Part shown: one piece after another, positions 24,518 to 36,500 of the stretch | How the letters are laid out: each line of letters opens with the position of its first letter | Position numbering within the stretch: position 1 is the first letter of the stretch | NCBI RefSeq assembly: GCF_902713615.1 | Contig: NC_052158.1 | Location: 39,609,729-39,673,728 of the forward strand | Length of the DNA stretch: 64,000 nt | Origin: Scyliorhinus canicula | Lineage: Eukaryota | Reading direction: 5' to 3' | Translations under genes and position numbers: made by a program | The notes under the pieces: model-generated | The model's input: the letters and a program-made list of their open reading frames with translations, nothing else | The model's database searches: none | Told to the model about the DNA's origin: nothing

Positions 24518-27500
24518 CTGCAGAAGTAAAATAAATGTCAGTTAGAATGGGGAATAATCCATTATCAGAGAGTGAGAACACAACAAGTGTGAGGGAATGG
24601 AGATTGTGTGAGAAATACTCATTCCCACACTCCCATCCATCCTTACACTTTATGGAGATCCATTAGATCTCTTCCATACCATCCATATTCAGTAGGTGAG
24701 GATGTGAGTGTGTGTGGTGGGTTTAAGACCAGAAGAACATGAGACATAAGAGCTGAATTAGGCCACTCGGCCCATCGAGTCTGCTCTGCCATTCCACCAT
24801 GGCTGATGTTTTTGTCATCCCAGTTCTCCTGCCTTATCCCCATGACCCCTGATCCCCTTATTAATCAAGAACCTATCTGTCTCTGTCTTAAAGCCACTCA
24901 GTGATTTGGCCTCCACAGCCTTCTGCGGCAAAGAGTTCCACAGATTCACTACTGTCTGGCTCAAGAAATTCTTCATCATCTCAGTTCTAAAGGATCATCC
25001 CTTCAGTCTGAGGCTGTTCCTTCAGGTTCCAGTTTTTCATGTTTCCAGTGGAAACATCCTCTCCATGTCCACTCTATCCAGTCCTCACAGAAACTGTAAG
25101 TTTCAATAAGATCACCCCTCATCCTTCCAAACTCAAATGAGTACTCACCCGCTCCTCATACTCCAAGCTTTTCATCATTTTTATGAATTTCCTCTGGACC
25201 CTTTCCAAGGCCAGCACATCCTTCCTTAGATACAGGGCCTAAAACTGCTCACAATACTCCAAATGGGATGACCTGTACGCCCACACTCACTCTGTCCCCT
25301 CAGTTCTACATTCCCCTCTCTCTCTCTCTCTCTCCCCTCTCAGTGTCCTGTACTCCCAGTACTGGGGATTCCCCCACACTCACTCTGTCCCCCTCAGTTC
25401 TACATTCCCCTCTCTCTCCCCTCTCAGTGTCCTGTACTCCCAGTACTGGGGATTCCCCCCACACTCACTCTGTCCCCTCAGTTCTACATTCCCCTCTCTC
25501 TCTCTCTCTCTCCCCTCTCAGTGTCCTGTACTCCCAGTACTGGGGATACCCCCACACTCACTCTGTCCCCTCAGTTCTACATTCCCCTCTCTCTCTCTCT
25601 CCCTTCTCAGTGTCCTGTACTCTCAGTACTGGAGATTCCCCCACACTCACTCTGTCCCCTCAGTTCTACATTCCCCTCTCTCTCTCTCTCCCCTCTCACT
25701 GTCCTGTACTCCCAGTACTGGGGATTCCCCCCACACTCACTCTGTCCCCTCAGTTCTACATTCCCCTCTCTCTCTCTCCCCTCTCAGTGTCCTGTACTCC
25801 CAGTACTGGGGATTCCCCCACACTCACTCTGTGCCCTCAGTTCTACATTCCCCTCTCTCTCCCCTCTCAGTGTCCTGTACTCCCAGTACTGGGGATTCCC
25901 CCACACTCACTCTGTCCCCCTCAGTTCTACATTCCCCTCTCTCTCCCCTCTCAGTGTCCTGTACTCCCAGTACTGGGGATTCCCCCCACACTCACTCTGT
26001 CCCCTCAGTTCTACATTCCCCTCTCTCCCCTCAGTGTCCTGTACTCCCAGTACTGGGGATTCCCCCCACACTCACTCTGTCCCCCCAGTTCTACATTCCC
26101 CTCTCTCTCCCCTCTCAGTGTCCTGTACTCCCAGTACTGGGGATTCCCCCCACACTCACTCTGTCCCCCCAGTTCTACATTCCCCTCTCTCTCCCCTCTC
26201 AGTGTCCTGTACTCCCAGTACTGGGGATTCCCCCCACACTCACTCTGTCCCCCCAGTTCTACATTCCCCTCTCTCTCCCCTCTCAGTGTCCTGTGCACCC
26301 AGTACTGGGGATTCCCCCCACTCACTCTGTCCCCTCAGTTCTACATTCCCCTCTCTATCCCCTCTCAGTGTCCTGTACTCCCAGTACTGGGGATTCCCCC
26401 ACACTCACTCTGTCCCCTCAGTTTTATATTCCCAGCTCTTTGATCCTCACCTCTCCGTATTCTTTTCCAGATGATTATTCCGATTATCCCGACAATAACA
26501 GCCAGTGCCATGATCACTGATCCGATTATAATTCCAAGATTGGCGTATCCCCCACTGTTTCCTGGGAATTCTGAAACACATGTGAATAATATGAGGATTG
26601 TCTCTGTTCCCGGATCCATTCCCGGTTCTGTGTTAATTGGGGACAATTTGAACTGAAGCCGCCCATTGGGAATTGATGGGATTGGTGGGAACGTTGGTTG
26701 TACACTCGCCCGATTTTACTCTCCAGTGAAGTCACTAAAGATTCCCATTGATGGGATGTCAAAGCCGTGTTTTCCCAATCCCGTGGGTTACCTTCCCGGC
26801 CAGTTCAGTTCTAATTCTCCCCAATGTCTCTGTGTCCTGTCCTTGCTCAATCTCCAGGGTAACATTGTACGGCCCAGGATGCAGCATCACAGATGGGATT
26901 CACATCAAACTTCAAAGGGATGAGGAATAAACTGACCACAGGAAACTGGGCTGAGCTGATAATGAGGAAAACAACAGATAAACAGAACAAACTCTTCAAA
27001 AGAAGCACTTGGTACAATCCAACAGCAGAACTTAGTCCTAACCGACTGCAGTGAAGCCACCATGGTCAACACAAGGAATAAGTGAGAGAATCCAACTCAA
27101 AGAAAAGATTCATAAATGTCCAGAGATTGAGTTCCAGACACTTAGACAAGAATCAGCTGATCAAAGAGAGACAGGATGGATCTGTGATGGGGGCTCATGT
27201 CTGATTAATCTCATTGAATTTGATGAAGATCTCACTGACATGGTGGATAAGGGAATGTCTATGGATCTGCTCCAGATGGACTTCCATAGGGTGAATGATT
27301 AAGGGCAGCATTCTCCGTCCCATCACACCAGTTTTTGGGTGCAGCGCACCCCTGCCAGCAGCGGGATTCTCCATCCCACCAGCCGGCCAATGGGGTTTCC
27401 CATAGTGGGCAGTCCAACGCCATCGGGAATCCCCGGGTGTGGGTGCGCTGCCGGCACAACAGAGAATCCCGCCAGCGGAGAATCCAGCCCAAGGTTTCAC

Positions 27501-30500
27501 ACAAGGATTTGTGACAATAACCAGAGTGTTTGGAAATGGAGGGAATGTTTGATAAGGGGTGAAAATTGATTGATCTGTGGGGGACAGGGACAGAAACACG
27601 TATACACCGTCACACAGACACACACTCACGCGTATATATGCACACACACATATACACAGACATACATATGCACATACACATGCACTGTCACATACAAACA
27701 CACATATGCATACACAACACATACATAAACACAGACACGCACATGCAAACGGACACATACTTACACACACACATACACATGTACACACACAGTAACACAC
27801 ACATGGATACAGAAATCCACACATACATGCACACACACCGGCCCACACACACATGCACATATGCACAGACATATTCACACACATGCACACAGACACATGC
27901 ACACACATGCACATGCGCACACACTCACAGAACCACACATACATGCATACACAGACACACACATACATACACAACGCAAATAGACACATACACACACACA
28001 CACAGGCCCACACACATGGACACACACTCACAAATGCGCATACACATGGACACACGCTCACAGACACACACACATACACTCACACACAAACACCACTCTC
28101 ACACAAACACAAGCACACACAGGCATAAACTCAGACACACACATCATACACAGTCTGAGCCACACACAAACATGCCTGCATTCACACAAACACACACACC
28201 ATATTGTATACAAAGACACACACATGCACACAGGCACACAAACACGAATGAACACAGTTTCACAAACACGCACAAACACACCATTATGACACCCTGGGTA
28301 GTACGCGGTCAATTCCAGCCCTACCCGTCCTGGAGTTGCCGCACGTGAATTAACACTAATAATTCTTCTAAAAATAGCCAAAGTCTTTGGCCTTGGCTGC
28401 CCAGTCATGTAAATTTAAACAGAATTAGTGTTCATGAAAAACAAAACAAAAAGATGACTTACGCAGTAAATAAAGCTGCTCGATGAGAAATTATACCTGA
28501 CTCCCCATTTAACTGTCCCATCCTCTCGCCACATCCATAAGACAGACAAACACAGAGAGGTGGAAAGGGGTAAAACTAATAAGGATGCAGGTCAAAAGAT
28601 AAGAGTCCTTGCTTCAGATGATGATTTATTTAGTGCACTGTCTTCACAGTATGAGTGTGGATTATAGTCTCTAACGTACAGCTTGTAAGGATCTTCCTTG
28701 CATTCAGCAATATCTGACTCACAGCTTTTACAGGAGACACCCCTGGCATCACATCAGCCTGTTCTGCAGAGAGAGTTATCAGGGCCGGGATTCTGTGCAT
28801 CAGCCTGTTCTGCAGAGAGAGTTATCAGGGCCGGGATTCTGTGCATCAGCCTGTTCTGCAGAGAGAATTATCAGGGCCCGGATTCTGCTTGCATCAGCCT
28901 GTTCTGCAGAGAGAGTTATCGGGTTCTGGACTCTGCTTGCATCAGCCTGTTCTGCAGAGAGATTAATCAGGTTCTGGATTCTGCTTGCATCAGCCTGTTC
29001 TGTAGAAACAGTTATCAGGGCCGGGATTCTGCTTGAATCAGGTTGTTCTGCAGAAAGGGTTATCAGGTTCTGGATTCTGCATGCATCAGCCTGTTCTGCA
29101 GAGAGAGTTATCAGGGCCGGGATTCTGCTTGCATCAGCCTGTTCTGTAGAAACAGTTATCAGGGCCGGGAGTCTGCTTGAATCAGGTTGTTCTGCAGAAA
29201 GGGTTATCAGGTTCTGGATTCTGCATGCATCAGCCTGTTCTGCAGAGAGAGTTATCAGGGCCGGGATTCTGCTTGCATCAGCCTGTTCTGCAGAGAGAGT
29301 TATCAGGTTCTGGATTCTGCTTGCATCAGCCTGTTCTGCAGAGAGAGTTATCAGGTTCTGGATTCTGCTTGCATCAGCCTGTTCTACAGAGAGAGTTATC
29401 AGGGCCGGGATTCTGCTTGCATCAGCCTGTTCTGCAGAGAGATTAATCAGGTTCTGGATTCTGCATGCATCAGCCTGTTCTGCAGAGAGAGTTATCAGGG
29501 CCGGGAGTCTGCTTGAATCAGGTTGTTCTGCAGAAAGGGTTATCAGGTTCTAGATTCTGCTTGCATCAGCCTGTTCTGCAGAGAGTGTAATCAGGTTCTG
29601 GATTCTGCTTGAATCAGGTTGTTCTGTAGAAACAGTTATCAGGGCCGGGATTCTGCTTGCATCAAACTGTTCTGCAGAGAGAGTTATCAGGTTCTGGATT
29701 CTGCTTGCATCAGCCTGTTCTGCAGAGAGAGTTATCAGGGCCGGGATTCTGCTTGCATCAGCCTGTTCTGCAGAGAGAGTTATCAGGTTCTGGATTCTGC
29801 ATGCATCAGCCTGTTCTGCAGAGAGAGTTATCAGGTTCTGGATTCTGCTTGCATCAGCCTGTTCTGCAGAGAGAGTTATCAGGGCCGGGATTCTGTGCAT
29901 CAGCCTGTTCTGCAGAGAGAATTATCAGGGCCGGGATTCTCCCCTACCCGGCAGGGCGGGGGGTCCCGGCATACCGGAGTGGCGAGAACTACTCCGGCGT
30001 TGGGCCTCCCGAAAGGTGCGGAATTCTACGCACCTTTAGGGGCTAGGCCCGCGCTGGAGTGCTTGGCGCCCCGCCGACTGATGCGAACGGCCTTTGGCGC
30101 CCCGCCGACTGGCGCCAGGGCTGGCCGAAAGGATTCTGCTCGCATCAGCCTGTTCCGCAGAAAGAGTTGGTTCCCACAGTGGCCTTTTGATGAGAATTAG
30201 CCGGTTATTATAGGAGAAAGCAGAATGGGAAAAAGAAAGGGTTGCTTTCTCTGCTGACAAAGTGAAACTATTGGGGCAGCACGGTAGCATGGTGGTTAGC
30301 ATAAATGCTTCACAGCTCTAGGGTCCCAGGTTCAGTTCCCGACTGGGTCACTGTCTGTGCGGAGTCTGCACGTCCTCCCCGTGTGTGCGTGGGTTTCCTC
30401 CGGGTGCTCCGGTTTCCTCCCACAGTCCAAAGACGTGCGGATTAGGTGGATTGGCCATGCTAAATTGCCCGTAGTGTCCTAAAAAGTAAGGTTAAGGGGG

Positions 30501-33500
30501 GGATTGTTGGGTTACGGGTATAGGGTGGATGCGTGGGTTTGAGTGGGGTGATCATTGCTCGGCACAACATCGAGGGCCGAAGGGCCTGTTCTGTGCTGTA
30601 CTGTTCTATGTTCTATGTTCTATGGGAAGCATGGTAGCACAGTGGTTAGCACAGTCGCTTCACAGCTCCAGGGTCCCAGGTTTGGTTCCCGGCTGGGTCA
30701 CTATCTGTGCGGAGTCTGCACGTTCTCCCCATGTCTGCGTGTGTTTCCTCCGGGTGCTCCGGTTTCCTCACGCAGTCCAAAGACATGCAGTTTAGGTGGA
30801 TTGGCCATGCTAAATTGCCCTTAGTGTCCAAAAGGTGGGGGTTACTGGATTATGGGGAGAGGGTGGAGGTGTGGACTTGGTAGGGTGCTCTTTCTAAGGG
30901 CTAGTGCAGACTCAATGGGCCGAATGGCCTCCTTCTGCACTGTAAATGCTATGATTCTATGAAAGCTCTTTAGGTCTCTGAAACATTTCAGTGGGAACAG
31001 ACCCAATCACCACCTGTTACCAGACAGAACACCGTGTTTTAGGCCAATTCATTGACCACCAGCCAAATCAGTCAAAACGAGGCATCACTGATCCCACCAG
31101 CCACTGAAATCTTCTGCTTTCATTAAAGGCACAGGCCACTGCTTTCTTCTGCTTGAATTAACAATAAAGGCTGCCTTTACTGACAAACGTCCATCAATCA
31201 TCCATGGATCAAAAATCTGACAGCAAATAAAAGAAACGGGAAATAAGGGAATAAACAGGGAGCAAACAGGAGGGACTGTTAAAAAATACATACACAGACT
31301 CATGTACACACAAATACACACAGACTGAAACACATGCACACACAGACACACATAAGACTCACATACATACAAATACACATGTGCAGACATGCAAACATAC
31401 CACATAGTGCAATTCCTTACCCCACTGATGGAGCTTGGGCTCTGCCAGGCTGCTGTGTTCAATTTGACAGGAGTATTGATCCTCATCCCCAGCATTTATT
31501 TCAATCTCTTTCTGGATCTGATGGCTCCCATCGTGGTTCGGTCGAAGCCCCGAGGATTGTGTCTCAGACATTACCTCTCCATTCCTTAGCCAGGTCACCT
31601 CGATGTCTACAGGATAAAAGCCAGTAACCAGGCAGGAGAGAGTGAGCGGCTTGTACTGACTATTGGCCTCACTTCTGGAGATGAAGACTTCAGGCTGAAC
31701 TGTAATGGGAAAGGGTGAAAACACAAACAATAGACAGACACTGAATGGAATGGGAGAACGGTTTGATAGATCAGTGAAGTTAGATCAGAACATGGATCAA
31801 AACTCAAATCAATACCTTTCCGTCCAAAATATTCCTTTCCAGCTTCTAAATATCTGTTCAAATGTTGAACAAATACTCCTTGAAGATATGTTTCCCAGTA
31901 GCTGTTCCAGGATTGATCCGAATCCCATTTTTCTTTCGTCTTCAATGCAATGGGATTGGTTGCGACCCATCTCATTCTGTCCGGCTCTAAACTAATATAA
32001 TCCTTTCCATCAAATCCAAACCTCATCGATATCTTACAGGAGCCGTCTTCACTGACCTCGACAGACCGAATCCATTGAAAAATGTGAATTCCTGTCAGAG
32101 ACAACAGAATCGATAATCATTCTTATGGGAAATTGAAGCAGAAATGGGGAGATTCAGTCATCAAAGTCAGTGCTGGGGGACTGAGTGCAGTGTCCCAGGG
32201 GTCAGTGCTGGGAGACTGAGTGCAGTGTCCCAGGGGTCAGTGCTGGGGGACTGAGTGCAGTTTCTCAGTGGTCAGTGCTGGGGGACTGAGTGCAGTGTCC
32301 CAGGGGTCAGTGCTGGGGGACTGAGTGCAGTGTCCCAGGGGTCAGTGCTGGGGGACTGAGTGCAGTGTCCAAGGGGTCAGTGCTGGGGGACTGAGTGCAG
32401 TGTCCCAGGGGTCAGTGCTGGGGGACTGAGTGCAGTGTCCCAGGGGTCAGTGCTGGGGGACTGAGCGCAGTGTCCCAGGGGTCAGTGCTGGGGGATGGAC
32501 TGTGTGCAGTGTCCCAGGGGTCAGTGCTGGGGGACTGAGTGCAGTGCCCCAGGGATCAGTGCTGGGGGACTGAGTGCAGTGTCCCAGGGGTCAGTGCTGG
32601 GGGACTGAGTGCAGTGTCCCACGGGTCAGTGCTGGGAGATGGACTGAGTGCAGTGTCCCAGAGGTCAGTGCTGGGGGACTGAGTGCAGTGTCCCAGGGGT
32701 CAGTGCTGGGGGACTGAGTGCAGTGTCCCAGGGGTCAGTGCTGGGGGACTGAATGCAGTGTCGCAGGGGTCAGTGCCGGGGGACTAAGTGCAGTGTCCCA
32801 GGGGTCAGTGCTGGGGGACTGAGTGCAGTGTCCCAGGGGTCAGTGCTGGGAGACAGAGTGCAGTGTCCCAGAGGTCAGTGCTGGGGGACTGAGTGCAGTG
32901 TCCCAGGGGTCAGTGCTGGGGGACTGAGTGCAGTGTCCCAGGGATCAGTGCTGTGGGACTGAGTGAAGTGTCCCAGGGGTCAGTGCTGGGGGACTGAGTG
33001 CAGTGTCCCAGGGGTCAGTGCTGGGGGACTGAGTGCAGTGTCCCAGGGATCAGTGCTGGGGGGCTGAGTGCAGTGTCCCAGGGGTCAGTGCTGGGAGATG
33101 GACTGAGTGCAGTGTCGCAGGGGCCAGTGCTGGGGGACTGAGTGCAGTGTCCCAGGGGTCAGTGCTGGGGGATGGGCTGAGTGCAGTGTCCCAGGGGTCA
33201 GTGCTGGGGGACTGAGTGCAGTGTCCCAGGGGTCAGTGCTGGGGGACTGAGTGCAGTGTCCCAGGGGTCAGTGCTGGGAGACTGAGTGCGGTGTCCCAGG
33301 GGTCAGTGCTGGGGGACTGAGTGCAGTGTCCAAGGGGTCAGTGCTGGGGGACTGAGTGCAGTGTCCCAGGGGTCAGTGCTGGGAGACTGAGTGCAATGTC
33401 CCAGGGGTCAGTGCTGGGGGACTGAGTGCGGTGTCCCAGGGGTCAGTGCAGGGGGACTGAGTGCAGTGTCCCAGGGATCAGTGCTGGGGGACTGAGTGCA

Positions 33501-36500
33501 GTGTCCCAGGGATCAGTGCTGGGAGACTGTGCAGTGTCCCAGGGATCAGTGCTGGGGGACTGTGCAGTGTCCCAGGGATCAGTGCTGGGGGGCTGAGTGC
33601 AGTGTCCCAGGGGTCAGTGCTGGGGGACTGAGTGCAGTGTCCCAGGGGTCAGTGCAGGGGGACTGAGTGCAGTGTCCCAGGGGTCAGTGCTGGGGGATGG
33701 GCTGAGTGCAGTGTCCCAGGGGTCAGAACTGGGAGATGGACTGAGTGCAGTGTCCCAGGGGTCAGTGCTGGGGGACTGAGTGCAGTGTCCCAGGTATCAG
33801 TGCAGGGGGACTGAGTGCAGTGTCCCAGGGATCAGTGCTGGGGGATGGACTGAGTGCAGTGTCCCAGGGGTCAGTGCTGGGGACTGAGTGCAGTGTCCCA
33901 GGGGTCAGTGCTGGGGGACTGAGTGAAGTGTTGCAGGGGTCAGTGCTGGAGGACTGAGTGCAGTGTCCCAGGGGTCAGTGCTGGGGGACTGAGTGCAGTG
34001 TCCCAGGGGTCAGTGCTGGGGGACTGAGTGCAGTGTACCAGGGGTCAGTGCTGGGGGACTGAGTGCAGTGTCCCAGGGGTCAGTGCTGGGGGACTGAGTG
34101 CAGTGTCCCAGGGGTCAGTGCTGGGGGACTGAGTGCAGTGTCCCAGGGGTCAGTGCTGGGAGATGGGCTGAGTGCAGTGTCCCAGGGGTCAGTGCTGGGG
34201 GACTGAGTGCAGTGTCCCAGGGGTCAGTGCAGGGGGACTGAGTGCAGTGTCCCAGGGGTCAGTGCTGGGGGATGGGCTGAGTGCAGTGTCCCAGGGGTCA
34301 GTACTGGGAGATGGACTGACTGCAGTGTCCCAGGGATCAGTGCTGGGAGACTGAGTACAGTGCCCAGGGGTCAGTGCTGGGGGATGGGCTGAGTGCAGTG
34401 TCCCAGGGGTCAGAACTGGGAGATGGACTGAGTGCAGTGTCCCAGGGATCAGTGCTGGGAGACTGAGAACAGTGCCCAGGGGTCAGTGCTGGGGGACTGA
34501 GTGCAGTGTCCCAGGGGTCAGTGCTGGGGGACTGAGTGCAGTGTCCCAGGGGTCAGTGCTGGGAGATGGACTGAGTGTAGTGTCCCAGGGGTCAGTGCTG
34601 GGGGACTGAATGCAGTGTCGCAGGGGTCAGTGCTGGGGAGACTGAGTGCAGTGTCCCAGGGGTCAGTGCTGGGAGACAGAGTGCAGTGTCCCAGGGATCA
34701 GTGCTGGGGGACTGAGTGCAGTGTCCCAGTGGTCAGTGCTGGGGGCTGAGTGCAGTATCCCATGGGTCAGTGCTGGGGGACTGAGTGCAGTGTCCCAGGG
34801 ATCAGTGCTGGTGGACTGAGTGCCGTGTCCCAGGGGTCAGTGTTGGGGGACTGAGTGCAGTATCCCAGGGGTCAGTGCTGGGGGCTGAGTGCAGTGTCCC
34901 AGGGATCAGTGCTGGGAGATGGACTGAGTGCAGTGTCGCAGGAGCCAGTGCTGGGGGACTGAGTGCATTGTCCCAGGGGTCAGTGCTGGGAGATGGACTG
35001 AGTGCATTGTCCCAGGGGTCAGTGCTGGGAGATGGACTGAGTGCAGTGGCCAAGGGGTCAGGGCTGGGGACTGAGTGCAGTGTCCCAGGGGTCAGTGCTG
35101 GGGGACTGAGTGCAGTGTCCCAGGGGTCAGTGCTGGGGGACTGAGTGCAGTGTCCCAGGGGTCAGTGCTGGGAGACTGAGTGCAGTGTCCCAGGGGTCAG
35201 TGCTGGGGGACTGAGTGCAGTGTCCCAGGGGTCAGTGCTGGGGGACTGAGTGCAGTGTCCCAGGGGTCAGTGCTGGGGGACTGAGTGCAGTGTCCCAGGG
35301 GATCAGTGCTGGGGGACTGAGTGCAGTGTCCCAGGGGTCAGTGCTGGGGGACTGAGTGCAGTGTCCCAGGGGTCAGTGCTGGGGGACTGAGTGCAGTGTC
35401 CCAGGGATCAGTGCTGGGGGACTGAGTGCAGTGTCCCAGGGGTCAGTGCTGGGAGGACTGAGTGCAGTGTCCCAGGGGTCAGTGCTGGGGGACTGAGTGC
35501 AGTGTCCCAGGGGTCAGTGCTGGGGGGCTGAGTGCAGTGTCCCAGGGGTCAGTGCTGGGGGACTGAGTGCAGTGTCCCAGGGGTCAGTGCTGGGGGACTG
35601 AGTGCAGTGTCCCAGGGGTCAGTGCTGGGGGATGGGCTGAGTGCAGTGTCCCAGGGGTCAGTACTGGGAGATGGACTGACTGCAGTGTCCCAGGGGATCA
35701 GTACTGGGAGACTGAGTACAGTGCCCAGGGGTCAGTGCTGGGGGACTGAGTGCAGTGTCCCAGGGGTCAGTGCTGGGGGCTGAGTGCAGTGTCCCAGGGG
35801 TCAGTGCTGGGGGACTGAGTGCAGTGTCCCAGGGGTCAGTGCTGGGGGATGGCTGAGTGCAGTGTCCCAGGGGTCAGACTGGGAGATGGACTGAGTGCAG
35901 TGTCCCAGGGGTCAGTGCTGGGGGACTGAGTGCAGTGTCCCAGGGTATCAGTGCATGGGGGACTGAGTGCAGTGTCCCAGGGGTCAGTGCTGGGGGATGG
36001 ACTGAGTGCAGTGTCCCAGGGGTCAGTGCTGGGGACTGAGTGCAGTGTCCCAGGGGTCAGTGCTGGGGGACTGAGTGAAGTGGTGCCAGGGGTCAGTGCT
36101 GGGAGGACTGAGTGCAGTGTCCCAGGGGTCAGTGCTGGGGGACTGAGTGCAGTGTCCCAGGGGTCAGTGCTGGGGGACTGAGTGCAGTGTCCCAGGGGTC
36201 AGTGCTGGGGGACTGAGTGCAGTGTCCCAGGGGTCAGTGCTGGGGGACTGAGTGCAGTGTCCCAGGGGTCAGTGCTGGGGGACTGAGTGCAGTGTCCCAG
36301 GGGTCAGTGCTGGGGGACTGAGTGCAGTGTCCCAGGGGTCAGTGCTGGGGGACTGAGTGCAGTGTCCCAGGGGTCAGTGCTGGGGGATGGCTGAGTGCAG
36401 TGTCCCAGGGGTCAGTGCTGGGAGAGGACTGAGTGCAGTGTCCCAGGGATCAGTGCTGGGGGACTGAGTGCAGTGTCCCAGGGGTCAGTGCTGGGGGAGG

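Noticed and set aside
24647-24700. GTAAG donor suggesting an additional small cytoplasmic exon
   Set aside because: No convincing polypyrimidine/AG acceptor lies upstream, and the gene model is complete without it.
26790-26909. Possible extra exon between alpha3 and TM (TTTGAAG acceptor, GAAG|GTAACC donor)
   Set aside because: In the required phase it gives an immediate TGA, and the acceptor is weak.
25268-30200. Long Cys/Ser/His-rich ORFs in introns 4 and 5
   Set aside because: They are translations of the 84-bp, (CA)n and 48-bp repeats, with no domain content or splice support.
31359-31420. Read-through of alpha3 into intron 4 giving a hydrophobic KELHYVVCLHVCTCVFVCM* end (secreted or alternative anchor isoform)
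   Set aside because: The alpha3 donor is a consensus GTAAG and the extension is the translation of a TG-rich microsatellite-like tract. There is no independent support.
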